Assembly (NCBI GenBank): GCA_964016885.1
Contig: OZ024743.1
Location: forward strand, 197,470,001 to 197,534,000
Direction: 5' to 3'
Source of the DNA: Eledone cirrhosa
Taxonomy: Eukaryota
DNA: 64,000 nt
Under the pieces are notes generated by a model. The model searched no databases and was not told where the DNA came from. It was given only the letters and a program-made list of their open reading frames with translations. This document shows positions 41,117-55,191 of the stretch, one piece after another. Made by a program: the position numbers and the translations under genes. Position 1 is the first letter of the stretch. Every line of letters begins with the position of its first letter.

Positions 41117-41359
<243 letters not shown>

Positions 41360-41474
41360 CGTGTGTGTGTGTGCGTGTATGTGTGTGTGTGTGAGTGTGA
41401 GTGTGTGTGTGTGTGTGTTGGTGTGTGTGTATATGTGTGTGTGTTTGTGCAGAAAAGATTTTTATAGAAATATA

Positions 41475-42050
41475 CTAGCAGTGGTACCCAGCGTTGCACG
41501 GGATAAGGTATTGTGAAATATATAACCGCCTTAGCTAAGCTTAGTATTGCCACAACCACGGCTGGCAAAGAAGTAAGAGTCTGGTGGTACGTAAGTAAGC
41601 AACACTGTGGCTTAAAACGTGAGGAAGAAGTTGTGTGCACTTACCAACTGTTTGGGGAATGAGTGTGAGATTTGTCCTGAGCAAGGGTGGCAAAATAACC
41701 GGAGGCAGCAGACAGCCAGACATACAGACAGATATTATAAGGGCGCGTTCTGGACGCAGAGCGAATTGTAGGAAGTGACGTAATACAGACATATATTATA
41801 AGGGCGCGACATTATATGTATGTATATATCTAAAGAGAGAAAGACTAAGAATTATAGAGAGAGATCGCTAAATCGCCTAATGCAGTCCCTAGGGCATTGA
41901 TAATTTGAAATTTATTTTGCTCAGAACACTCCCTGAAACATAAATATTACATGTGTAAAGTTTGAAAACAGTCGGTTGGGTACTTCTCTAGTTTTAGGGA
42001 TTCAAACTCACACACACACAGACAGATATCCTCAGTTTTATATATATAGA
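41475..42050 (-). mobile_element. Non-autonomous Helitron
   Basis: Minus strand 5' TCtatatatataaaactg; 3' hairpin cccgtgcaacgctggg then CTAG; A|T site. Confidence 0.8.
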
Positions 42051-42299
42051 TAACAATAATTTCAATTGATATTGAAATTTTATATTGAATATATTTAATT
42101 TTGTTCTTGTTATATCTCGGTCGTACTGAACGAGTGAAGGGAATGCATTGAGATTTTGATAGTGGTCCTGAAGATACTCTGAATTATGAGGAGTTAGGAT
42201 ATAGGTTCCGATAATTCGGTGCAAGGCTTTGATTGTTACTCTGATGCCTTGAAATTTTCCTGGTATTTCTTGAGACAGGTATCAGGTGTCGATTAGGTG

Positions 42300-42675
42300 T
42301 TAGGATGATGGCAGAAGAAACGGGCTTGGAAAAAATTGCTGTTCACAGAATTTTAACACACCAAACATTTATGCAAAAGTTGAGCCCAAACATAGCACAG
42401 TGATTTGAGAATTTCTGTCGAATAAATGCATACATACTCTTCCACATCCACCTTACATCCCAGATCTAGCTCCGTTTAATTTGTACCTCTTCCCTAAGAT
42501 AAAATTGAAGTTGATATGTCATCACTTTGGGACGGTAGAAAACATACAAAAATTGTAACTGACGAGCTATGGACACTCACAGAAAATGACTTCCGGTAAT
42601 ACTATGATCAATGGAGAAAGCGTTGGAACTAATTTGTTACTTCCCGGGGTTCGTATTTTGAAGGAGATAACTTTT
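42300..42675 (+). pseudogene. Mariner transposase C-terminal relic
   Basis: LPHPPYIPDLAPFNLYLFPKIK and YDQWRKRW..V.SRGSYFEGD match the mariner YSPDLAP and GxYFE motifs. Confidence 0.85.
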
Positions 42676-43374
42676 AACGTGTAATTCACAGCCACTTGCA
42701 CGTTAATTTCACGAGCAGGCTGTTCCGTTGATCAGATCAACTGGATCATTCGTTGTCGTAAACGATGGAGTACAAGTTCATATCTTTCATCGTTTTCTAA
42801 TGTAAGAGGTTGCCTATGGTTTTAAGATAAAATTGTATTTGGAAGAATTTAAGAATAAGATTACCATAATCACTTTTAAGATAGTGTTTTGTACGTAACT
42901 TAAAATGTCTTACATCAACTTTTGGTGGAAGATTTAAAATAAATATTAACATTTCAAAACAAATAGTTTTGTATTGTACAGGTAGGGGCTTTTTCAGGTG
43001 GTTTGGTATCAAAAGGGTTATACGGGAGTGAAATATTAAAAGTGGTATAAGATTTATGATATTAGTACAAGCTATATTAAATTACATTTCTCTACAGCTG
43101 CGACTGTGTTATTTAGTACTAAATTTTAATTATACAATCTATTTAAACTTGATTATCCTAGAACATCAATTTCACTTTTATGTTTATCGTTTCTAATTGC
43201 TGTGAATTATACAGCTTTATTTCTGCCCACGGGCATATACATATATATTTGTAGCAGTGTACTAGCAAAAATGTCGATTTTACAAACGATGTGATTTATA
43301 CTGAACCACACAAGTACACGAACAAGCACACACACACAAATATGTATATATATATATATATTTATTTACGTACG

Positions 43375-43930
43375 TATAGCACGGAATGCATGTGTATAAA
43401 CACACACGCACCGTGTTATATTTTGACGGTATTGTATTAGCTCAATGTACGAGAACAGAGCTGTCATATGTAAAAGAACCCAAAGAACGCTTACATACTG
43501 AAACAGTTTTTATTTGCTTACAATGTTTCATTCATACCGTTGGGTGGGAATCATCAGAGCTTAATAAACACACTGCTGAGTATAAGCTCTACCAAGCTTA
43601 GTCACACGAACAATCGGAATACAATAGAGGGTAAAGATAGGGAGATCGGAGATGGCGAATAAGGAGAGAGTACATGCTGGGGTTGTTAAGCACCACAGCT
43701 AAATGCTAGGGCACAAGCAGATCTCACAAGATGCAGATACAATTGATGGCACACAAAATCAAAAATACAATAGCCCCACAATATTATTTCAGTTACTGTA
43801 AAACCAGCTGGCAAAGAGTTACTACACATGTATTAAGCTCAGATGATTCCTACCCAACGGTATGTATGAAACATTGTAAGCAAATAAAAAAAGTTTGAGT
43901 ATGTAAGCGTTCTTTGGTTTCTTTTACATA
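43375..43930. mobile_element. Inverted-repeat element (arms ~43465-43567 and 43831-43930); hammerheads at 43516-43560 (minus, intact) and 43837-43881 (plus, U4A)
   Basis: Minus: GCU-CUGAUGA-UUC..GAAU-GAA-ACAUUGU-A-AGC. Confidence 0.8.
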
Positions 43931-44032
43931 TATATATATATGTATATATATTCCCCATTTTGACGCTATAGTCACTTATATGTTATGGAATACTGTTAGC
44001 TTCTCGCTACAACAATTTCTATACTTTTCATT

Positions 44033-44061
<29 letters not shown>

Positions 44062-44063
<2 letters not shown>

Positions 44064-44703
44064 ATAAATATTTCGTATCTCCAAAGAAATACGGTTTTAG
44101 GAAGCCGTAGTTATGCAAACACAGGGAGGGGGGGCTAACGCCCTCTGGTGATGTCCAGCAGAAGCAAGAGGTACAAGCGTCTATGCATTTCAGGCTTAAC
44201 TGGCCATCGTCAGGACGGACCCTCCCACCGCTTGCAACTGCTGGACTTGAAGACAGGCGAGAATATATAGTTTTCTCATCTGTGTAAATGAGGTGATTAA
44301 TCTCATTTGCATATGAAGCTGCATAAGTTGGCTCAACTTATAATAGAAAAGAAATAGGATTTCGCTTCAAGTATAGCTTAATTATAAGTTGAGTCAACTT
44401 ATGCAGCTTCATATGCAAATGAGATTAATCACCTCATTTACACAGACGAGAACACTATATATTCTCGCCTGTCTTCTAGTCCAGCAGTTGCAAGTGGTGG
44501 GAGGGAGCGTCCAGACGATGGCCAGTTAAGCCTGAAATGCATAGACGGTTGGCCCCCTTGCGTCTGCTGGACTTCGCTAGAGGGCGTTAGCCCCTTGGTG
44601 TTTGTATAGCTACGGCTTCCTAAAACCGTATTTCTTTGGAGATACGAAATATTTATACATATTGTATAAAGCTATGCTTGAAGCGAAATCCTATTTCTTT
44701 TCT
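44062..44703. mobile_element. Head-to-head pair of a ~323-nt hammerhead unit in two circular permutations
   Basis: Arms 44062-44344 and 44381-44658; spacer 44345-44380 is the reverse complement of tail 44669-44703. Confidence 0.85.
44178..44217 (-). ncRNA. Minimal type I hammerhead ribozyme (mutated twin at 44508-44547, plus)
   Basis: CGUC-CUGACGA-UGGC(CAGUUAA)GCCU-GAA-AUGCAU-A-GACG. Confidence 0.88.
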
Positions 44704-44752
<49 letters not shown>

Positions 44753-44850
44753 CTCGTATGTATTTGGATAGATAGATATTTATATAAACGTATATATACA
44801 CGTACACATTTATATATATGCCTACACACCCACACAGACTCATATATATT

Positions 44851-44885
<35 letters not shown>

Positions 44886-44938
44886 CTGTGTCTGTGTGTG
44901 TGTGTATATATATAGAGAGAGATGCGCATGCATATATA

Positions 44939-45092
44939 TGTATGACAAGTAAGTATGTATTTGAAACACGTCTTAAAGGATTCTAAACCCCACTATCAGG
45001 TTAAAATTTCTTTAGTCGAAAATACGGCGAAAGCTTCTATTTCTATTTTGAAACTCGCTCGCTGTTTCAAAACCATACTTACTTGTCATATA
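44939..45092. mobile_element. Short element with ~30-bp terminal inverted repeats
   Basis: tatgacaagtaagtatg..tttgaaaca / tgtttcaaa..catacttacttgtcata. Confidence 0.55.
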
Positions 45093-45110
45093 CAGTATAT
45101 ATGTATATAA

Positions 45111-45326
45111 GGGCAGTGGATTGGCAGTATCGGTAGAGGGTCGGACGCCATGCTTTTCAGCATAGAGTTACGGCCCTTTATGATTTGAGTTGAAATCCCG
45201 CCTAGGTTAACTTTGCCTTTCATCCTTACGTGGTCGATAAAATAAAGTACCAGTCACGCACTGGGGTCGACATAATCGACTTTCCCCTCTCCCAAAATTG
45301 CTGGCCTTGTGCCTATATAAGAAACC
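45111..45326 (+). mobile_element. SINE family A, near full length
   Basis: gggcagtggattggcagtatcggtagag..aactttgcctttcatcc..gataaaataaagtaccag. Confidence 0.85.
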
Positions 45327-45554
45327 ATATATGTATGTATATATATATATGTCTATGTGCATCTCTCTCACTATACGCACACGCGCACACACAGAAATCC
45401 ACACATACATTCACACGCACACACACACACGTATATATTTATACATATACAAATGTAGATATGGTTGTGTGTGTGTAGGCATATGCAAATGTGTATGTGT
45501 GTATATACGTTTATATATATATATATATATATATGCATACATACAGACACAAGC

Positions 45555-45810
45555 CTGAGCAAGGTGTGTTTCCTTATAAAGGAAGAACAGCCGTCGCCCA
45601 TGCATATTAGTCTTCTCTCTTAACGTCACTGATGTTGTCCAAGGAAAAGACAATGATACAGCTTAGGAACTCATATCTACAGCTGAGTGAACTGGAGCAA
45701 TGGGAAATAAAGTATCTTTTTCAAAAACACAACGCACAACGTTCTCCTTGAATCAAACTCGTAACCATACGATTGTGAACTCAACGCTCTATCCACTATG
45801 CCACGTGCCA
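45555..45810 (-). mobile_element. SINE family B
   Basis: Similar to 22600-22780; tRNA-like head ggcacgtggcatagtggatagagcg. Confidence 0.7.
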
Positions 45811-45913
45811 TGTATATATACACACACACGAGTACACGAACAAGCACACACCCGCACACACCTGCACGCAAACACACGCAAACACACACGCAAACACACA
45901 CGCAAACACACAC

Positions 45914-45996
<83 letters not shown>

Positions 45997-46713
45997 AATA
46001 TTTGTGTGTGTGTGTGTGCTTGTTCCTGTACTTGTGTGGTTCGATGTAAATCACATCGTTTGTAAAAATTGCCATTTTTGCTAGTACACTGCTACAAATA
46101 TATATGTATATGCCCGTGGGCAGGAATAAAGCTGTATAGTTCACAGCGATATATGTATATGCCCGTGGCAGAAATAAAGCTGTATAGTTCACAGCGATTA
46201 GAAACTATAAACATAATAGTGAAATTCATGTTCTAGGATAATCAAGTTTAAATAGATTGTATAATTAAAATTTAGTACTAAATAATACAGTCGCAGCTGT
46301 AGAGAAATGTAATTTAATATAGCTTGTACTAATATCATAAATCTTATACCACTTCGAATATTTCACTCCCTATAACCCTTTTGATACCAAACCACCCGAA
46401 AAAGCCTCTATCTTTACAATTCAAAACTATTTTCAAGAAAGATATAACAAGAATTTCAATTGATTTTGAAATTTTATATTGAATATATTTAATTTGGTTC
46501 TTAATATATTTCGGCGAAAACGACCTTACTGAACGAGTTAAAGGAATGCAGAGAGATGTTGATGGTGGTTCCGAAGATACTCTGAATTATGAGGAGTTAG
46601 GAGATAGGTTCCGATAATTCAGTTCAAGGCTTTGATGGTTACTCTAATGTCTTGAATTTTTCCTGGGATTTCTTGAGACAGGTATCAGGTGCGATCCTCC
46701 GTCTTCCTGCTTT

Positions 46714-47007
46714 CAGGGTTGGATTTAGACCTTGTGGGGCCCGGGGCACTTTAGTGTTTTGGGGGCCCCTCATACACAAAAAAATAAAATACACATCAAC
46801 GCCCCACAATTTTCCATATCAAATATAGCTTGGCGCATGTAATTGGAATTGAAAAGTTATACATACAGGTATTAAAGTAAAAAATTTGAACCATCCTAAA
46901 ACTAAAAATACCAGCTGAGGGTAAAAAATAAATTGCTACGGCCGTCGCTGGTGGGGCACCCATTGAAGGGTACCCGTGACAATTGCCTCCCATTAAATCC
47001 AGCCCTG
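46714..47007 (-). mobile_element. hAT-type MITE
   Basis: TIRs cagggttggattta/taaatccagccctg; flanks cctgcttt/cctgcaat. Confidence 0.8.
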
Positions 47008-47326
47008 CCTGCAATTGTGTGAAATTATTCCGCATGCATTCAGTCATAGCACTGATATGGTGTGCAGGTATATAGGCAATGAATAGATTCCTGCAGAATT
47101 TATATTTTATACATGGCTAATTCTGTTTCCATCACTTGGCACCATTCTGAAAGTATTATGACAAACTAGACCACTCCTGACCCGTTGGGTCGCGTTCAGT
47201 TAAGAATAATTTTAAAATAATTAAAATATACAAACATGTATATAATGTGAAATGAAAGTGGAAGGCCCATATATATATGTGTGTGTATGTATATATATAT
47301 ATATATAAATGTGTGTGTGTATATAC

Positions 47327-47365
<39 letters not shown>

Positions 47366-47433
47366 TGTGGGTGTCTGTGATCTATATACACTGATCGTAG
47401 ACACACACATACACATATATATACGCACATACT

Positions 47434-47475
<42 letters not shown>

Positions 47476-48451
47476 ACAACCCCACTAGTTCTCTTCCATT
47501 TTCCTCTGTCTCCTCTCCATCTCTCTATGTCTCTCTTTCAATCTACCTTTTCACAACCACTATCTGTTCCTCTCTATCTTTCTCTCTCTTTGTTTATGAA
47601 GGTACCCGGAAAAGCCCCATATCTCGGGACCCGTGGTCCGATTTACGCGAAACCTGCTTTATTCCATTTGTATTCCCATTTCAGGGCAACTTCCTTTCAA
47701 AGTATTTTCCCATTATGCGCCCTTTTGGCTGTATTACATTACAGACAAACAAGCAATCACAGACTTTTAATATTATATAGATAGATAGATGTAATGCATG
47801 CGGACTTATGACTCGGAGAGGAACTTTTTTTTAGTTGCAAATCCATGGTCATTCGTGACCGAAGAGTGTCTTTACGCTTTTGTTCCTTAGATGTCATGCA
47901 TTGTCACAGGTTCTGTGTACCAGACCCCAAACACAAGGCATTTATTAATACAAATCTACAATAAAAGATCCAAAGTGCCAAACCCAGCACTATGAGTGGA
48001 AAGCGAACATCTTAACCATACAGCTATTATTAGGACTATATGGCTGTTTGCGTTAAACACATAACTAATGACGAATTTATGTATTACTGGCGTGTAAGCA
48101 TAAAAATAAGCTTCATGTTACTATAATTGTATTATGCTGTGTTATCGAAACAGATATAAAACCGTTGAATTTAGAAAAAAATGTTAGAGATAAATTGTCA
48201 GCAATTATTTACGATAAAGTAGTTATGTTAAGAAATAAGACGATAATACCTCATCTTCTTTAACAAAAGAAAGAGTTACACACATACATGCTACAGAGAG
48301 AAAGAGGGAGAGAGAGAGAGCGAGAGAGTGAGGGAGAGAGAGAGAGAGAGAGTGATGCTGCACACATACACATAATGCTGGTGTGTATGTGCGTATGTAT
48401 GCATATATGTATGTATGTATGTATGTACGTTTGTATGTATGTACGTATGTA

Positions 48452-48700
48452 TGTGCAGTGCCTTTGCTCACTATAAAAGCTTCACGGCACAGGCATTGCT
48501 TTATATCTGGAGATCTCTCTGCACTTGTCGTGACATGGTACCATGGGCCCAGCACTATGTGTCAATAATTGTCACAAGTGTAGTGTTTGTACCCGAGTTT
48601 TCAAGTCGCTGGCTGGACTGAAAAGTCACACTCGTTTAGCGCATCAGTAGGGGTTCTCCTACATGGATATAAAGTAGTCGAAACGAGTTGGTAGCCACCA
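48452..48700 (+). mobile_element. 5'-truncated copy of the RTE-derived retroposon
   Basis: Matches 6424-6685. Confidence 0.85.
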
Positions 48701-48711
48701 TGTATGTATCT

Positions 48712-48877
48712 ATGTGGTAAGGAACCAAGTGGACCAGAACGAACCAGAGTACTCGAAACTATGGGTAATAGGAAAAGAGTCAGGTCCCCGAAAGCTGAGC
48801 CCCGGCCGTTTCGACACCTATTTCTGAAATAGCTGTCGAAACGGCCGGAGCTCAGCCGTCGGGGACCTGACTCTTTT

Positions 48878-48881
<4 letters not shown>
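48712..48881 (-). mobile_element. Mini fold-back copy of the PLE 3' end (related subfamily)
   Basis: Palindrome ~48768-48882 containing CGAAACGGCCGGAGCUCAGCCGUC-GGGG; tail on the left. Confidence 0.8.
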
Positions 48882-48934
<53 letters not shown>

Positions 48935-48942
<8 letters not shown>

Positions 48943-49573
48943 TAAGTATGTGTGTGTGTGTCTGTGTGTCTGCGTATTACCTATAGGGGTCTACATTTTA
49001 CGACCGATTTTCATGAAACTTTACATAGATTAGTCATCGGGGAGTGTTTCCAATATATATCAGCGTATCGTTTTTTTTTTTTATTCCGAGGTCATTCTGC
49101 AGATAAAAATCGATAGGGGGGGGGGGGGGTCACCTTTTTTTAGGTATCGAAAAATAAGATTTTGGGCTCTAGCTCCCACATTAATCAACCTACTTTGTTC
49201 AAATTTTACACTACGCTAGATCTGATTATTTCACGTGTTAAAGTGGCTTTACATTTCGGATTTTTTGTTCAGGAACGGCGTGGCAGCCGCTTAAATATTC
49301 GAAAATACCACCTTTTCGCTCAAATTTCCGCCTTTTCGGCTTTAGCTCCCACATTTTTCAACCGATTTCGTTTAAATTCGAAACTCCCTCCCCCAGCATG
49401 GCCCTTAGTCAGTCACCCACGTTTCTCAGTGATAGGGGTCATCACCACTCTCCCACGCATGGCCTGTGTGTGGCCATAGATGAGTCATCGAGAAGCAGTC
49501 GCTAAGATCAACACCTTTTCATCAAAGCAGATATTATTTTACCTACCCAGGCAACGCTGGGTACTGCTGCTAG
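48935..49573 (+). mobile_element. Non-autonomous Helitron
   Basis: 3' hairpin acccaggcaacgctgggt then CTAG-T; 5' end merges into (TA)n. Confidence 0.7.
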
Positions 49574-49855
49574 TATATAATAAAAAAGGACGATTTGTTA
49601 TGTCTTCATTACGTTTATCGAGTAGTGACGCGCGTTTCGCTATCGATCAGCTAAAGGCTTGATCTGTATCGATCTAGTCCGACTCTGGAATCAACGGCTC
49701 ACCGGACCTCTGTTGTAGTGATGACAGAATTATTATTACACTCAGTTTAGTTCTACGCCTCTATACTTACTGGAAACTACGCATCGAGTGCTCACTCTGG
49801 TGAACCTACAGTAACTAAACATTACAATCCCTACACACACACACTTATATATATG

Positions 49856-49886
<31 letters not shown>

Positions 49887-50591
49887 GTATGTATGTATAT
49901 ATATATATATATGTGAAAAAATGGGGAGAAGAATACTGCATGGTTGCACATGGATAACATGTTATAAAATGAGTCCCTCATCAGTGATTTACCAACGGTC
50001 ATAGGTATTTCATTGCATTAAAAATCATATACCTCACGTTGGCGCAATAATAACTAAAATAAGTTATTAGGACAGTTAAAACGCGTAAAGCGAGTGAGAC
50101 AAGTAAACAACAGAGGAAAGCTAACCGAAGATGGGAAAGACACAGGCTACATAATTATTCTATCAGTATAAGCTGGGTGAATATATGAGCGAGTAGAACA
50201 TAGACCTTTCGAGATGAATCCAATGTAAGAAAGAAGGAAAATCGTTAACATCGCGAACGGGGGGAAGAGAGAAGGGGAGAAACAGTGAGTAAGTGGAAGT
50301 GTGAGGAAGAGGTCAGTAGAGAGAAAGTGTTAACTGACATGACAGAGGGGGCGAAAGAAAGTAAGAGAAACAGAGAGAACGAGGGAGCAGTAAGAGAGAG
50401 AGAAAAACAGAATCGCAGTTTAGGTATATATCCCTGTCACCTGTCACCCACCTTCTGGATTGTCTCTCTGTTGACCACTGGCCGCTGGTCTCTATCCTCT
50501 GAGGCATTTTTGCCCACCGCTTTCTTTGATAGTATTTATCTGTTTTAACGGCTTGATCAGATACAACATTGTTTTAATTATATCTATAAAA

Positions 50592-51235
50592 GAGCAGTGG
50601 ATTGGCAGAATCATTAAGGCACGAGACAAAATGTTTCGTATTATTTGGCTATGGCTCTCTATATTCGAGTTCAAATCCCATCAAGGTCAACTTTGACTTT
50701 TGTCATCCCATGGTGGATAAAATAAAGCACCAGTCAAGTACCGGGGTCAATTTAATTAGCTTTTCCCTGCCCTCGTCCCAAAATTTCAGGCCTTGTGTTT
50801 TAAGTAGAAATCATGATATACCAAGATTATCATATAAATTAAGGTTGGATAGATGCTGCTAGAATAAATTTCCAAGCAGTTAACATCTTTTCTGTTTAAT
50901 AGTATGTTTTAAACCAACTATCCTCTGTTCATCCTCTGTTCATCAACTGTACCATATCGATATATCTGACCTGGATCTTGGATTCAAATAATGAACCTCT
51001 TATTCACAGAGTCATGGATTTGTAAATCTCAGCCTAATAAATAAAAAGTAAATGATATTTATAATTAAGGTGGCGGATTGGCAGAATCGTCAGATAGAAT
51101 GCTTTCTAGTATTCATTTTGGCTCTTTGTGCCCTGAGTTCAAATCCAGCTACGGTCAACTTCACTTTTCATCCTTTTGATATGAATAGAAAAAAAAAATG
51201 CGCAGGTTCTGTACTGAGGTCAATTCTTCTTTCTT
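50592..51235 (+). mobile_element. Two family A SINE copies (50592-50812, 51068-51235)
   Basis: gattggcagaatc..gagttcaaatcc..gtcaactt..tcatcc. Confidence 0.75.
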
Positions 51236-51329
51236 TCCTCGTCTCTCTCCCTCTATGGAAGAAAGCAGCTGTGTTCAAACTGGAGTTGGACGGGCTCTGC
51301 CAGTTTTAAAATGCCCATGACATGTTTGT

Positions 51330-52130
51330 TACTACAGCACCCTTACAACCACATCAGGAGTTACAGGTCACAATATGTATAATTATTGCAGGATTATTAA
51401 CATCTGAATGATAATCATTCAATAGCAATGCACTGACGACTCTCCGCAACACTTTCTCAGTACAACGTCTATGCCACACTGTCCCAATTTAGATAACTAA
51501 GTTTTCTGGTGACTGCACACCGAACAAGGAGATTCTAAACTGTTTCAGACAGGCATTTGTATATTCTGAGAAGGTCAGAAAGAATCTTTCTAAACAACTA
51601 TCTCAGCCTACATTCTAAATACTTAGCAAACACATTATGGATTGAGAGACCTTTAATATCCAGTGTCTTTAGAAAATCCATCATCACCTGGCGAGATAGG
51701 ATTACAAAGACAGAAATATTCTGTTAAACTAACACCTGTAACTCTGAATCCACTCTATACCAGCACCATTTGAGGCGATCCTATAAGTACACATATCTGA
51801 CAACTCCCTCATAAAATCCACTCCAGCCAATCACGCCATAGTCAACATTTCACTGGAAGTTTAAAGCAGTTTAAAGACCAGCTGAAGACAACGCTGAAGA
51901 GAAACAATATCGACACTTCAAGAGCACACGACATTACCTATTGTTTACTTTAATTTCATTATTGAAAGGAGACTGAAGACACGAAAGAGAAATACAGTCA
52001 ACACTATCAGAAGTGAGAAAAATAACTTGCAAAGATACACCTGGCCTCTCCAACCAAACATTTACATTTCTCAACTGCAATTGAAGGTGTACATCAAGGA
52101 TTAGGATGAACAATCAGCAAAGGATAAACA
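51330..52130 (+). mobile_element. Highly degenerate RTE-like LINE fragment
   Basis: Patchy similarity in organisation to 8580-9205; many stops. Confidence 0.4.
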
Positions 52131-52345
52131 AATAAAGAAGAAAAATGGACAATTATAAGCATGATATGAAATAAGCAATGAAGTGAAATAAGCTACAAGA
52201 GGAAGTCAAAACCAGAGGGGAAACAGTTCAATGCAAACTTACCAATTCTGAATAATTTCTACCATTTTTACACACACATAAAAATAGTTTGAATTGAGAT
52301 CAAGAGATGCAAGGAACTACAAATAAGAAAAAGAAGAACAAAGTG

Positions 52346-52386
<41 letters not shown>

Positions 52387-52393
<7 letters not shown>

Positions 52394-52690
52394 TGTAAAT
52401 TCTGTTAAGAGTACTGCAATCGCTTGTCAGATTATAGAGTTTGGTGCACTTTTAGGCTACAGCCAGCCACACGAACCTGTAACATATCCTGAACAAGCAA
52501 TGCCTGTGCTTTGAAGGTTTTTTTAAGTAGGGAAAGGCCTTGCACTCAACCAATCCCACTCTCTGAACATCGAAAACACTACCCGAAAAGGAGAACTGGT
52601 CAACATCATCGGATGTTTCCGAAGCTGCAGTTTTTTTTCAGAGTTTCCCTCTCTTAGAAAGGTGTTGTGACAACAACTGGGGGCCTTTCC
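52387..52690 (-). mobile_element. Old diverged relative of the RTE-derived retroposon
   Basis: cagccagc, aagcaatgcctgtgc, cccactctct and gtcaacatcat shared with 34270-34540. Confidence 0.6.
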
Positions 52691-53114
52691 TATATATATA
52701 TATATGCGCGCATGTGTGTGTGTGTGTGTGTGGTTGTGTGTGCATATATGTATGTATGTGGGTGTGTAATAATGCATAACATCCTGCATACTAGAGAATC
52801 TAACATAAATTCATTGTAGATATAACTATAGATAAATAGAGAAAATTTAAACAAAGAAGAAAAATGTGGTTATTCTCTTTGCACACAGATATACACGACT
52901 CATTGGTCGTCCATTATATATATGATAAGTCTCTTATTCTCCTATAGTCCCCTGCTAATTATATCAAGTACAATCTAGAACAGTGTAATATGCATAGTGC
53001 TGTTCTGCCAAAGAGGCACCACAACGTATACAGGAAATCTCAGATAGATTTAATGCTCGTATAAATCGTGTATAAACCACATTATCTTTCCGTTTAGTAA
53101 TAATTTATGTTTAA

Positions 53115-53313
53115 TCTCGGTAGAGCATCGGACAACAAGCTTTATGGCATAGTTACGGCCCTTTACGTTCTGAGTTCAAATCCTGTCGCGTTTAGTTTTC
53201 CCTTTTATCCTTACGGAGTAGATAAAATAAAGTACCAGTAATGCACTGGGGTAGATTTAGTTCACTTTTCCCTCCCTCAATTTGTTAACCTTAAGCCTAA
53301 ATCAGAAACCAAT
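53115..53313 (+). mobile_element. SINE family A
   Basis: tcggtagagc..gagttcaaatcc..gataaaataaagtaccag..tcagaaacca. Confidence 0.8.
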
Positions 53314-53367
53314 ATATGATATAAAACGTTTGTGTCTGCAAACGAACAGTCATTAAACAATTAGTGC

Positions 53368-53433
<66 letters not shown>

Positions 53434-53969
53434 CTATGTCTCTGCATGTATATATTGCTATGTGTATATGTATGTGGACTCATGTGTGCGTACGTGTGTG
53501 TTTGTATGTTTCTGTACATATTTCTATGTGTATGTGGGTTCATATGAGTGTGTGTGTATTTATATGTCTCTGTATGTATATATTTCTATGTGTATGTGGG
53601 CTCATATGAGTGTGTGTGTATTTTTATGTCTCTGTATGTATATATTTCTGTGTATATTTATGTGGACTCATGTGTGTGTGTTTGTGTATGAGTCTCTGTG
53701 TGTGTTTGTTTGAATGTCTCTGTATGTATATATTTCTATGTGTATATGTATGTGGACTCATGTGTGTGTGTGTGTTTGTGCATGTGTGAGTATGAGTCTG
53801 TGTGTGTTAGTGTATGTACTGACATTCACTAAACGACTGATCACATGAATTGTTTCGCATTTGTCATTGTCGAAGTAGTCCTCGATATTTAAAAAGGTCG
53901 AGCTTTCCCATGGAAAATGAAACTATCACATGATCCACATGACGGGTACAATGAGTCCGAATGCGGAAG

Positions 53970-54250
53970 AGCCAAACTTCCATTGTCATAACCTCCATCT
54001 CTCTGTATAGAGAGCAAATGGGGTTCCACGCGCTGGCCGCCACACAGCCCCGGCGGACAGAATGGAGAAGGCGTTTCCCCGGAGGATGGTAAGGGAGAAA
54101 CGCGCTGGAAGAGTCATTCCATCTCGCGAGGATCACACCTGCGGCTGGCCAGCTTAGCGCCTATGGTGGTGAGTAGGGTGGTAGCCCAGGGCCAAGGACA
54201 CCAGAAGTCTCCACTGCCAAGGTCACAACCGCAAAGCTGTCGAAGAGCAT
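53970..54250 (-). mobile_element. CRE-like LINE 3' fragment
   Basis: Reverse complement resembles 25073-25125 and 25480-25620, without the minisatellite. Confidence 0.65.
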
Positions 54251-54574
54251 AGCATTAAAAAATAAATATTTTAATGAATACCCCCCCCCCCCCCCCCCCC
54301 CCCTCCTACCTTACTTTAAACACAGGAAACTCGGGAGAAGTCAATAGTTGATAACATCTATCTGTAGGTTTCTATTTTGTAGTTGATGCTACGATGTTTA
54401 TACAGATTCAAGAAGAATTACATTGATTTCAGTAAAGAATAATTGTAAAGATGCTTTAAGCATCTCCACATTCTTTAGATATGGAGTGAGAGAACAAACC
54501 AGGACCCCGACAGCTGAGCTCCGGCCGTTTCGACAGCTAGAACCGAACGGTTGTTTATGTATATATATATATTT

Positions 54575-55191
54575 AAGAGTTAAACAAGATTCAATGAATA
54601 CATCAAAGAATGAGTTTTACAATAGATTGGAAGCACTCTACAGATAATATTTTCCAGAGTTATTAATATTAATTCAAAATATTAACAAAATAGATATTCT
54701 TGTGATCAATTATATTTTATTATTGAGAGGTACTGAATTAAGTTCAACAGTACTACCTTGATTAAATCTACCATGTCAGGGTATGTCATGTATCATTTTA
54801 TTTTATCTGATGAGGACGTACTGTTGAACTTAATTCAGTACCTCTGAAATATGTAATATAATTGATCACAAGAATATCTATTTTGTTAATATTTTGAATT
54901 AATATATATATATATATATATATAAAACCAAATGTTAAACAAGGTTCATTGATTATTCAATGAATATAGTTTTACAATAGATTAAAAGCACTCAACAATG
55001 AGTTTTCTGGAGTTATTAATATTATACAAAATATTAATAAATGGAGACATTCACGTAATCAAAATGTTTTATTATATATATTTCGGAGGTACTGTGTTGT
55101 TTTTTCAGTACGTCCTCATCAGATAAAATACATAAATTGATGTATGACATACCTCAACTGAGCTGATGGTTATACATCAATTTATGTATTT

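Noticed and set aside
49622-49655. Minus-strand GAAACGCGCGUC-ACUAC, a typical HHR 3' half
   Set aside because: No CUGANGA with a matching stem I found upstream on that strand
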